From Candidatus Saccharimonas aalborgensis (GTDB lineage: Bacteria > Patescibacteriota > Saccharimonadia > Saccharimonadales > Saccharimonadaceae), in the NCBI RefSeq assembly GCF_000392435.1, contig NC_021219.1:240001-272000 (forward strand): 32,000 nt of DNA, written 5' to 3'. The number at the start of each line of letters is the position of its first letter. Position 1 is the stretch's first letter. Below, piece by piece: positions 23,163 to 30,983 of the stretch. The notes under the pieces were generated by a model. That model did not search any database. It had not been told where the DNA came from and saw only the letters and a list, made by a program, of their open reading frames with translations. The position numbers and the translations under genes were made by a program.

Positions 23163-24443
23163 CTATATTCGTAGCATCCGATTTAGCTTTTCTTTGAGCG
23201 AATCAGCGTTACTAGTGCCTATCATTGTATCATATCCGACCCTTAGCAGGCCCATGGCAGTGATATACGTGTGGTCGCTTGCCTTTGCTGTCATATCTGT
23301 GATTCCCGCTACTTCACTCGGGCGAATTCGTTGAACAGACGGACGCTTGGTAAAAGGTAGCTCCTTATACCACTGGCGCGTTTCGAGCGCTTTTACGAGC
23401 TGTTCAAGGCTCGCGCCGCCTCCACAGAGTAAAATGCGATTTGGCAGGTGGTCAATCGAATCAAACTCTCCAAGTGCTAATTCGACACCTGCCAGCCATA
23501 CCTCAAGTGTTTTGTCGATGGCCTGCTCGACATCTTTTTTGACTGATTCTTTGACATGCTCGTTATCAATATTGACCTTTAGCTTTTCGGCCTGATCATA
23601 GGAAATATTCATATCACCAGCAATCGTATTGGTGAAACTACGGCCGCCGATTCCAAACATTTTTGTCCCCTCGACCCCGCCGTCGTTTACCACTGCGATA
23701 TCGGTCGTTCCGCCACCAACATCTGCCAAGATAGCAGTAAATGAACTATTGGCATCGGTGCCCAGCACACTGCGACTAACGGCAAAGGGTTCAGCGGCCA
23801 CCGCTATTAGTTCGAGCGCCAACTCATCAGCAACCCGTTCGAGTGCACCAATATGCACCATCGGAGCAAATGCGGTATATATCTGCACCGCTACATCTTT
23901 GCCCTGAAACCCAATCGGATTGCTCACTTTGTAACCATCAATATGAATACTGACAAGTGCCGAGTTGACTAACTTCACCTCGACATCGTCATTACCTGTC
24001 TCGAGTGCTATTTGCTTTTGGGCTTTTGCGGCAGCACGAGTTTGGACTTTTTCGATAATGAATTCCATTTCAGATTCGTCGAGCGGTCGATCTGGCTGAG
24101 GACGACGATAGCGAATTGTGTGTGTGACACCTTTGACTAGTTCGCCAGCGATACCGATCACAACATGCTTACCACGCACACCCGCCTCGGTCTCAGCTTC
24201 GGCAAGCGCTGCTTCGCAGTTTTTGACGACACCCGCAATATCTGCGATCGCCCCAGAGTGCATGTCCGCTAGCTCCTGGTGCATTCGCCCGACACCCATG
24301 ATTTCAATTGCATCGCCCTTAACACGAGCGATGAGCGCCTTGACATATTCAGTACCGATGTCTAACCCAACAATGACGTCGTCCCCGGGTTTGGACTTCG
24401 TGGCGAATTTAGATAGTGTTTGCTTGAATGTATCAAGTACCAT
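23163..24443 (-). CDS. ftsA: actin-like ATPase, FtsA-like
   Basis: Phosphate-1 VGLDIGTEYV, DVGGGTTDIAV, LCGGGASL. There is an SHS2-like insert and an amphipathic C-terminal helix (SLKEKLNRMLRI). Start set to ATG 24443. The track ORF starts at TTG 24482. Confidence 0.75.
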   Translation of the reverse strand: MVLDTFKQTLSKFATKSKPGDDVIVGLDIGTEYVKALIARVKGDAIEIMGVGRMHQELADMHSGAIADIAGVVKNCEAALAEAETEAGVRGKHVVIGIAGELVKGVTHTIRYRRPQPDRPLDESEMEFIIEKVQTRAAAKAQKQIALETGNDDVEVKLVNSALVSIHIDGYKVSNPIGFQGKDVAVQIYTAFAPMVHIGALERVADELALELIAVAAEPFAVSRSVLGTDANSSFTAILADVGGGTTDIAVVNDGGVEGTKMFGIGGRSFTNTIAGDMNISYDQAEKLKVNIDNEHVKESVKKDVEQAIDKTLEVWLAGVELALGEFDSIDHLPNRILLCGGGASLEQLVKALETRQWYKELPFTKRPSVQRIRPSEVAGITDMTAKASDHTYITAMGLLRVGYDTMIGTSNADSLKEKLNRMLRI

Positions 24444-24452
24444 ACTTTGATG

Positions 24453-24458
24453 ATTATA
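24453..24458 (-). promoter_or_regulatory. -10 box (TATAAT) 9 nt upstream of the ftsA ATG
   Basis: The minus strand reads TTGTATAAT catcaaagt ATG. A possible -35 TTGCTG lies 18 nt upstream. Confidence 0.45.
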
Positions 24459-24494
24459 CAACGAAACTGCTTGTGCCAGCAAATTAGTGTTGCC

Positions 24495-24613
24495 CGGCTA
24501 TCCCCACTTCCCCGCTCCAGACAACCGGCCCGCCGCTAACTGAATCAGCCTTCGCTCTTGGCGGGCCTTGGCCCATCAGGGCCAACTGTCTGTCGGGAGA
24601 GGTGGGGATAGCC
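24495..24613. ncRNA. unclassified ~120-nt GC-rich three-way-junction element
   Basis: P1 is a perfect 12 bp (24495-24506 with 24602-24613). There is a 4-bp helix (24510-24513 with 24593-24596), P2 of 6 bp (24517-24522 with 24586-24591), P3 of 8 bp (24526-24533 with 24559-24566) and P4 of 7 bp (24567-24573 with 24578-24584). Strand is undetermined. Confidence 0.5.
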
Positions 24614-24629
24614 AGATGATAATGGATTG

Positions 24630-26564
24630 TTATCTCAGCAAGGCTTTAATACGACGGATTCCGGCCGAACTAGCTTCTTCCTTAGTGATAACAAATACCT
24701 TGCCGTCTTCGCCGAGTTGACCAGTGTGATCAACGTGAGGACCACCACAGATTTCGATACTAAAGAGTTCGTCACCCTCGCCAGCCGAGTATACCTTGAC
24801 AGTATCGCCATACTTGTCACCAAACGCACCAAGCGCCCCCCTTGCGAATGCTTCGTCAGTCGGGAGTTCCTGCCAGCTCATCGGTAAATCTTTTTTGATG
24901 ACATCGTTGACGATATCCTCAACGCGTTTGATCTGTTCGGGCGTCATTTTTTCACTATGGCTAAAGTCAAAGCGTAGCCGCTCGGCGGTGATATTGCTAC
25001 CACGTTGGACGACATGATCACCGAGTACCGTACGGAGTGCCTTGTACATCAGATGTGTCGCTGTATGGTATTTCTTGTGGATATCATCGTGTCCCTCAAG
25101 TCCACCTTTGAAGACGCCTTTTGCGGCGGTCTGACTGCGCTCACGCTGCTCTCGCATTTTGGCATCAAATTGCTGACGCCAATCTTCGGGCAGCGAGATT
25201 CCCTGCTTGTACGCTTCCTCAACAGAAAGCTCGACAGGAAACCCATAGGTGTCGTAGAGTGCAAACAGTTGCTCACCACCCATCCATTTGGCCATAGGCT
25301 GCGTTTCGTGAGGCGAATCATGTTCAAACGTTTTGTTAGCCTCTGCCATACGCTCGAGTTCCTTCAGCCCTTTACGAAGTGTTTGGCGAAATACCCTTTC
25401 TTCCTTTACGAGCACCGCTACCACTTCGTCACGACGTTCGGCGACCTCGGGAAAATCGTTATGATAAAGGTCGGCAATTACTGGTACTACTTCTTGCAAG
25501 AAATTTTGCTCGATGCCGAGGTCAAAGGAATGACGAATCGCCCGGCGCAGTAGCCGACGCATCACGTAGCCCTGCTCTTTATTACTTGGCACACAGCCAT
25601 CGACAGCCAAGAACGTTGCCGAACGCAAATGATCGGCGATAACACGCATGCTCTCAGTGTGTGACTCATAGTTTTTACCGCTTAGTAACTGAAGTTTTTC
25701 GATGATCGGCCAGATGAGACTGATCTTGAACATATCAGGATTATTGATGGCCGCAGCCGCGAAACGTTCGAGCCCAGAACCGTGGTCGATATTTGGTTTG
25801 TCGAGTAACTCAAACTTGCCTTCAGCGACTTTTTTGTAGACCATGAAGACGTTGTTGCCGATCTCGATGAAACGACCACAGTCACAGTTCGGATGACAAT
25901 GCTCCCCATAGCTCGTATCATGCTCGACAAAATCAAACTCATAAAACATTTCGCTGTCGGGGCCACAGGGATCGCCAACCGGTGTTTTGGCTTCGTTGCC
26001 ATTTCGGCTCCACCAGTTTTTTGTCCCGTCGTAATAAAATATCCGTTCACCCTCGTGTATACCGCGCGCATAGCCATTTGCCTCAGAACCAATATCTGCG
26101 GTGCCGGTGGATAACCCCTTACCGCCAAAAAGTCGCGACCAGGTTTCGGCAGCTTCAGTGTCCTTCGGAATACCGAATTCGTCGTTACCGATGTAGCAAG
26201 TGATGTATATCTTGCTCAGGTCTAGCTTGACAACGTCGCTGATAAACTCAAACATCCACTCGATTTGCTGGGTCTTACCATAGTCACCCAAACTCCAGTT
26301 GCCGAGCATCTCAAAAAACGTCGTGTGGCGATTGTCCCCAATGTCATCGATATCTTGCGCTCGCAGACACGTCTGGCTGTCGGTAATCCGCACACCTTTA
26401 GGATGCGTCTCGCCGAGTAGATACGGAATCATCGGCTGCATACCACTGCCGGTAAAGAGTGTGGTGGGATCGCCACTGAGCACTAGTTGCGCACGCGGGA
26501 CAACTGCGTGACCGCGCTCAGCAAAGAAATCCAAATAAGCATTTCGTATTTCTTGAGCATTCAT
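24630..26564 (-). CDS. alaS: alanine--tRNA ligase, short form (no C-Ala domain)
   Basis: MNAQEIRNAYLDFFAERGH N-terminus. Editing-domain motifs HTATHLMYKAL and CGGPHV. Start set to ATG 26564, giving 644 aa. Confidence 0.95.
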   Translation of the reverse strand: MNAQEIRNAYLDFFAERGHAVVPRAQLVLSGDPTTLFTGSGMQPMIPYLLGETHPKGVRITDSQTCLRAQDIDDIGDNRHTTFFEMLGNWSLGDYGKTQQIEWMFEFISDVVKLDLSKIYITCYIGNDEFGIPKDTEAAETWSRLFGGKGLSTGTADIGSEANGYARGIHEGERIFYYDGTKNWWSRNGNEAKTPVGDPCGPDSEMFYEFDFVEHDTSYGEHCHPNCDCGRFIEIGNNVFMVYKKVAEGKFELLDKPNIDHGSGLERFAAAAINNPDMFKISLIWPIIEKLQLLSGKNYESHTESMRVIADHLRSATFLAVDGCVPSNKEQGYVMRRLLRRAIRHSFDLGIEQNFLQEVVPVIADLYHNDFPEVAERRDEVVAVLVKEERVFRQTLRKGLKELERMAEANKTFEHDSPHETQPMAKWMGGEQLFALYDTYGFPVELSVEEAYKQGISLPEDWRQQFDAKMREQRERSQTAAKGVFKGGLEGHDDIHKKYHTATHLMYKALRTVLGDHVVQRGSNITAERLRFDFSHSEKMTPEQIKRVEDIVNDVIKKDLPMSWQELPTDEAFARGALGAFGDKYGDTVKVYSAGEGDELFSIEICGGPHVDHTGQLGEDGKVFVITKEEASSAGIRRIKALLR

Positions 26565-26592
26565 ATCTGTTATTGTAGCATGCCCCTGACAT

Positions 26593-27633
26593 TTACCGCA
26601 CCAGCCCACTTCCAAGACAGACTTCATCGTTATAGACAACAGCAGATTGGCCAGGGGTCACAGCACGCTGCGGCTCAGAGAGATCAAGCAGTACGGCATC
26701 GTCCTCCCCATGCTGTAGCGTAGCCTCGACTAGCTCGGCGCGGTGACGGACACGAACCTTGTATGTCCCTTCTAGCGGCATGCTATTGATCCAGTGAACA
26801 TGGTCAAGGCTCAGTTGCGCCCTCCATAGCTCTTGGCTATTGAGATTGGTGCTGACATAGACCTCATTTTTTTCCATATTTTTCCCCACAACATAGTATG
26901 GTAGTCCGCCACCCACATCGAGTCCATGGCGCTGCCCCAATGTGTAGAAAATTGCCCCATCATGCTGTCCGATTGTCTTTTTTGTCTGCTCGTCAATAAT
27001 CGGCCCAGCATGTGTCTCGACATACTGGCTCAAAAACTCCCGCATGCCGACGTTTCCGACGAAACACACCCCCATACTCTCAGCCTTTTTTGCCGTCCAA
27101 AGACCCCTCTGGGCCGCCATGTCTCGCACCTCGGATTTCAAAAAATCACCGAGGGGAAACAGTACTTTCTTGAGTGCGTCTCCAGATATTCGACCAAGGA
27201 AATAGGTTTGATCTTTGTCAGTATCTTTTGCACATTTCAACAGGCTATTTTCAACCCTTGCATAGTGCCCTGTAGCAATCATATCGGCGCCATCACCAAG
27301 CGCTGTCTCCAAAAAAAGCTTAAACTTCACTTCTTGATTGCACATGATATCTGGATTCGGTGTGCGACCGGCCTCATATTCATCGATCATATACTGCACA
27401 ACTTTTTGGCGATACTCCTGTTCAAAATCGTAGACCTTGAAATCTATTCCTAACTGCACTGCCACTCGCTTGGCGTCAGCGAGATCATCTGCCCACGGAC
27501 AACGTACCCCAGGCAAATCTTGCGTCCAGTTCTTCATATACACACCCGTGACATCGTAACCTTGCTCAACCAAAAGCGCTGCGACAACTGACGAGTCGAC
27601 GCCACCACTCATACCCACATAGACACGGGTCAT
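26593..27633 (-). CDS. mnmA: tRNA 2-thiouridine(34) synthase
   Basis: PP-loop VGMSGGVDSSV, catalytic Cys regions and typical length. Start set to ATG 27633, in a TAATG overlap with the upstream stop codon. Confidence 0.95.
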   Translation of the reverse strand: MTRVYVGMSGGVDSSVVAALLVEQGYDVTGVYMKNWTQDLPGVRCPWADDLADAKRVAVQLGIDFKVYDFEQEYRQKVVQYMIDEYEAGRTPNPDIMCNQEVKFKLFLETALGDGADMIATGHYARVENSLLKCAKDTDKDQTYFLGRISGDALKKVLFPLGDFLKSEVRDMAAQRGLWTAKKAESMGVCFVGNVGMREFLSQYVETHAGPIIDEQTKKTIGQHDGAIFYTLGQRHGLDVGGGLPYYVVGKNMEKNEVYVSTNLNSQELWRAQLSLDHVHWINSMPLEGTYKVRVRHRAELVEATLQHGEDDAVLLDLSEPQRAVTPGQSAVVYNDEVCLGSGLVR

Positions 27634-28244
27634 TAGCGCACTACTCCACCCGATGCAACAATCAGTATTTTTACTAGCTCGCTCAACGCCAAATACCAGC
27701 CCGTGGGCGTTAGCCACCACCAGGCTCCCCACTGGTTATCACTTGCTACCGGATGCGCGCGAAAGGTGATAGAGGGCGCCCGATGGCTAAACTCCATCAC
27801 CGCACGTCGTTCATGATACGCAGAAGTCACAACAATTGCCGATGTAACGCGATACTTGTCGAAGATATTCTTTGTTTTTACAGCGTTTTGCTCTGTCGTC
27901 TCACTCTGGTCTTCAATAACGATACTATTTTCAGAGATACCGGCCCGAACGGCATGCTGCTGCATCACCTCGGCATTGCTGGGACCTGATTTGTCGGCCG
28001 CCGCGCCAGAAAAAATGATGAGAGGCGCCCAACCTGATTTATACAGAGCAATCGCCTCGTCGGCCCGTGCCAACGTATCACCACCACTTACCGCTACAAT
28101 CGCGTCGGCTCTCTCACAACCCTTTGTCTCACTGGGTTTGTCCCCACAGGATTTCAAATCATTAGGACCAAGGTAGGCCGAAATACCAGCGACAAGCAAG
28201 AAATAGCCACCAACGATGCTAGAGATGATGATTATTTTTTTCAT
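27633..28244 (-). CDS. membrane-anchored DUF218/YdcF(ElyC)-family protein (paralog 2)
   Basis: N-terminal TM segment IIIISSIVGGYFLLVAGISAYL. DUF218 motifs AIVAVSGG, LIIFSGAAA, SETTEQNA, VVTSAYHERR. Confidence 0.8.
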   Translation of the reverse strand: MKKIIIISSIVGGYFLLVAGISAYLGPNDLKSCGDKPSETKGCERADAIVAVSGGDTLARADEAIALYKSGWAPLIIFSGAAADKSGPSNAEVMQQHAVRAGISENSIVIEDQSETTEQNAVKTKNIFDKYRVTSAIVVTSAYHERRAVMEFSHRAPSITFRAHPVASDNQWGAWWWLTPTGWYLALSELVKILIVASGGVVR

Positions 28245-29395
28245 CGATCCATCCTCGTGCGCTCACTAAGAACAGCCCCGACAATATACTCAAGCGCTCG
28301 CTCACACCCTAGCTTGTCTGTACCCCTTCCCAACGTGATCCGTAAACTTCCATCAGCTACCGAAGGATCAAGTCCCAGTGCAATGAGCACATGAGACCGC
28401 GTTCCCTTATTTGCGGCACACGCACTCCCTGTCGCCACAAAAACTCCCTTAGCCTCTAGCAAAAAGACTATTCGTTCGGCGTCGATATTTGGAAACGAAA
28501 TCGACAGATAGTTAGCGAGACGGTGACGTTGGTTACCAGAGATAACTGCATCGGGAAAGTTATGGGTGAGCCTAGATTGCATCATATCTCGCAACTCTCC
28601 CAATCGCACTACCTCTGATTTACGACCACCAACTGCCAATTCGAGGGCGAGCGCAAACCCAACCGTACCGGCAACTTGCTCAGTTCCGCTACGCAGCCCT
28701 CTTTCTTGACCGCCACCAACAATAAGCGGGTTCAGTCTGACATGACTATCGATCCACAACAGCCCAACTTGCTTGGGCCCATACAGTTTGGCGGCATTGA
28801 GCGTGAGCGCATCGACCCCGAGCCGTGCGACATTGATGTCACAAAGTCCGGCACCCTGCGATGCATCGCTGTGAAAATACAGTGGTGTCTGATTGCCGGT
28901 AGCGTGGCGCTCACGTTTTACCTCTTGTATCACCTCACTAATGTTGCGAAGCGGCTGAATGGTACCAATTTCGTTGTTTGCGAGTGAGATACTGACGAGC
29001 ACCGTATCCTCGCGTATGGCAGCTCGCACATCTGCAGCCGCAACTCGTCCGGTCGAATCAACCGCCACCAGACTATGCTCGTGCAGACGAGCGGCGGCAA
29101 GGACAGCGATATGCTCGATAGCGGTCGTGACGACGTGCCCAGTCACTCCTGCAAACATGAGATTGATAGACTCTGTCGCACCAGCAGTCATGATAATATC
29201 ACTGCCTTTTGCCCCAATACATTCGGCGATGCGCTGTTTTGCCGCTTCATAGTGGTGACGTACCTCTACGGCAGGCGCATACGGGCTAGAGGGGTTATAA
29301 AACTTGTCACCAAAAAAAGGCAGCATTGCTGCCATGACTCGTTCATCAACAGGGGTAGCTGCAGCGTAATCTAGATATACAGTATCACTATTCAC
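28241..29395 (-). CDS. cysteine desulfurase (class V aminotransferase, NifS/IscS/YrvO-like)
   Basis: PLP-lysine region LNAAKLYGPKQVG and catalytic Cys loop ATGSACAAN. ATGA overlap with the downstream DUF218 gene. Confidence 0.9.
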   Translation of the reverse strand: MNSDTVYLDYAAATPVDERVMAAMLPFFGDKFYNPSSPYAPAVEVRHHYEAAKQRIAECIGAKGSDIIMTAGATESINLMFAGVTGHVVTTAIEHIAVLAAARLHEHSLVAVDSTGRVAAADVRAAIREDTVLVSISLANNEIGTIQPLRNISEVIQEVKRERHATGNQTPLYFHSDASQGAGLCDINVARLGVDALTLNAAKLYGPKQVGLLWIDSHVRLNPLIVGGGQERGLRSGTEQVAGTVGFALALELAVGGRKSEVVRLGELRDMMQSRLTHNFPDAVISGNQRHRLANYLSISFPNIDAERIVFLLEAKGVFVATGSACAANKGTRSHVLIALGLDPSVADGSLRITLGRGTDKLGCERALEYIVGAVLSERTRMDR

Positions 29396-29403
29396 TGATC
29401 GTA

Positions 29404-29835
29404 TTATACCAGTTTGGCACCGGTATCAGGGTCAAAGCCGTAGATCTGGCGTGCAACCTGCTCATAATAAAGTTTGACGGCGAGCATAAAATGCTGCAGC
29501 TCATCACCATCGAGGTAGCTGTAGCGAGCGCCCTCTTGTACTTTAAATATTCCCTTGTCATGGACCTCATAGCGAATAGTGCTCGTTTGCAGTTTACGCT
29601 TTTCGTTGATCCACTCTTCGTGCCAAATCCAAGTTCGCTCATCGAGATTGAAGAACTCTCGGCGATGTCCCTCGGGGACTGCACCAAAAAGCTTCGAGCC
29701 TATTTCACTTTCAAGTCGTATGAGATCGCGCTCAGTTAGTGATTTTAGCGGACGATTCTTTGGGATATGTAACAGATCGGCTTGATCAGGATCACCTGTC
29801 AAGAGTGAGAGTGCTTTTTGGAGGATATTTCCCAC
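29404..29835 (-). CDS. hypothetical protein (143 aa)
   Basis: Clean ORF tightly packed in the operon, with 8-9 nt gaps on both sides. No motif recognised. Confidence 0.65.
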   Translation of the reverse strand: MGNILQKALSLLTGDPDQADLLHIPKNRPLKSLTERDLIRLESEIGSKLFGAVPEGHRREFFNLDERTWIWHEEWINEKRKLQTSTIRYEVHDKGIFKVQEGARYSYLDGDELQHFMLAVKLYYEQVARQIYGFDPDTGAKLV

Positions 29836-29844
29836 AATGTTTCC

Positions 29845-30225
29845 TTATCCTAGCCGGTTAAGCCGAGCTACACCAAGATTGGCACCGATAGTTCGCACAT
29901 AGGTTGCGTGAGGTGCTACACCGATGGTCTCTGGCCTACGAGGAGCCGTTTGGTGAAGCGGTGCCGTAGCGGCTACGAGACGCCCGGCAGCCGAACCAAC
30001 TGTTCCGGTCAGGCGTGGTGCACCCTCGATACGTCCCTCATCAATATCTCTAGGATCAACAACACGCTCATGCGCAGCAGCGGCGCGCAGAGCTAGCTCA
30101 GTCAAGACCCCTACAGGAGGGAATTCAGCAGTTCGTGAGTCAGGGGGTTGGTCATGAGAAAATGGAGCCGTCCCGTCTGGAAAGGCTTCGTCTCTTGGTG
30201 TATACGGTGTCATTACATCTGTCAT
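29845..30225 (-). CDS. hypothetical Ala/Pro/Arg/Gly-rich, probably disordered protein (126 aa)
   Basis: The ORF exactly fills the gap. Its ATG overlaps the tatD stop codon (ATGA). The locally elevated G+C and low-complexity composition keep confidence modest. Confidence 0.45.
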   Translation of the reverse strand: MTDVMTPYTPRDEAFPDGTAPFSHDQPPDSRTAEFPPVGVLTELALRAAAAHERVVDPRDIDEGRIEGAPRLTGTVGSAAGRLVAATAPLHQTAPRRPETIGVAPHATYVRTIGANLGVARLNRLG

Positions 30226-30983
30226 GTCATTTTCCCAAACACTCTCTCGGCGTTGTCAGTAGTTGCCTGCTCGACATCCTCGACGCGTACTCCTTTGAGG
30301 GCGGCTTGGTGTCTAGCAACCAGACCAACATACGCTGGTAAGTTCATTTTACCACGGAAAGGCTTTGGTGTCAAGAACGGAGCATCTGTCTCAAGGACTA
30401 TTTTTTCGAGCGGCACCTCAGTATAGAGACGCTGTTGACTCTCTTCCTTTGTAAACGTACTGATGCCATTTATACCGACAAGCAGTCCCCGTTTTAGCCC
30501 TTGCTCAAGGTTGTGCTGCGTATCAGTAAAACTGTGCATAATACCTCTGATGCCGCTAAAGGAATCAAAAATAGGCCAGAAGTCATCGTAGGCATCTCGC
30601 ACATGAAAACTGACTGGCAAGTTAAACTCCTGTGCTAAGGCCAATTGATCATGCAGTAGCTGTCGCTGCACGTCACGCGGGCTGTGTTCATAAAAATAAT
30701 CAAGGCCGATCTCTCCAATAGCGACAATTTTTTTATGACCCTCTTCAAGAAGCTGGCGAATACCGGCAACGTCCTCATCTTTACCATCGTGAGGATGAAT
30801 CCCGACAGCCGCATAACAGCCCTCATGTGTCTCGGCAAACGCGACTGCTTCCCGAGAACTACGCACGGTTGTCCCAATACAAAGCATCACAACACCAGCA
30901 TCACGTGATTGCCGATAAACATCCTCTCTATTCTCTGGGTAGAACTCACTGTCGTGAATATGACAATGGGTATCGATCACCAT
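30222..30983 (-). CDS. tatD: TatD-family metal-dependent hydrolase/DNase
   Basis: VIDTHCHI motif and conserved His/Asp/Glu pattern (GEIGLDY, SFHVRDA, MHSF, LETDAPF). Confidence 0.9.
   Translation of the reverse strand: MVIDTHCHIHDSEFYPENREDVYRQSRDAGVVMLCIGTTVRSSREAVAFAETHEGCYAAVGIHPHDGKDEDVAGIRQLLEEGHKKIVAIGEIGLDYFYEHSPRDVQRQLLHDQLALAQEFNLPVSFHVRDAYDDFWPIFDSFSGIRGIMHSFTDTQHNLEQGLKRGLLVGINGISTFTKEESQQRLYTEVPLEKIVLETDAPFLTPKPFRGKMNLPAYVGLVARHQAALKGVRVEDVEQATTDNAERVFGKMT

Noticed and set aside
24495-24613. 5S rRNA or 4.5S/SRP RNA identity for the three-way-junction element
   Set aside because: The size and three-way junction recalled 5S rRNA, but the conserved CCGAAC...GAAGUGAAAC and loop-E strings are absent and one arm is only 18 nt. 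SRP RNA is a single long hairpin with a GNRA loop and a conserved AGCA/GGUCAGG internal loop, none of which is present.
26565-26639. N-terminal extensions of track ORFs: alaS to 26639, mnmA to 27732, mltG to 21219, trhO to 4534, ftsA to 24482, the DUF2202 gene to 2054
   Set aside because: In each case an internal ATG aligns with the conserved family N-terminus and has a Shine-Dalgarno or -10 context. The extension either overlaps the upstream gene or regulatory DNA, or adds non-conserved residues.
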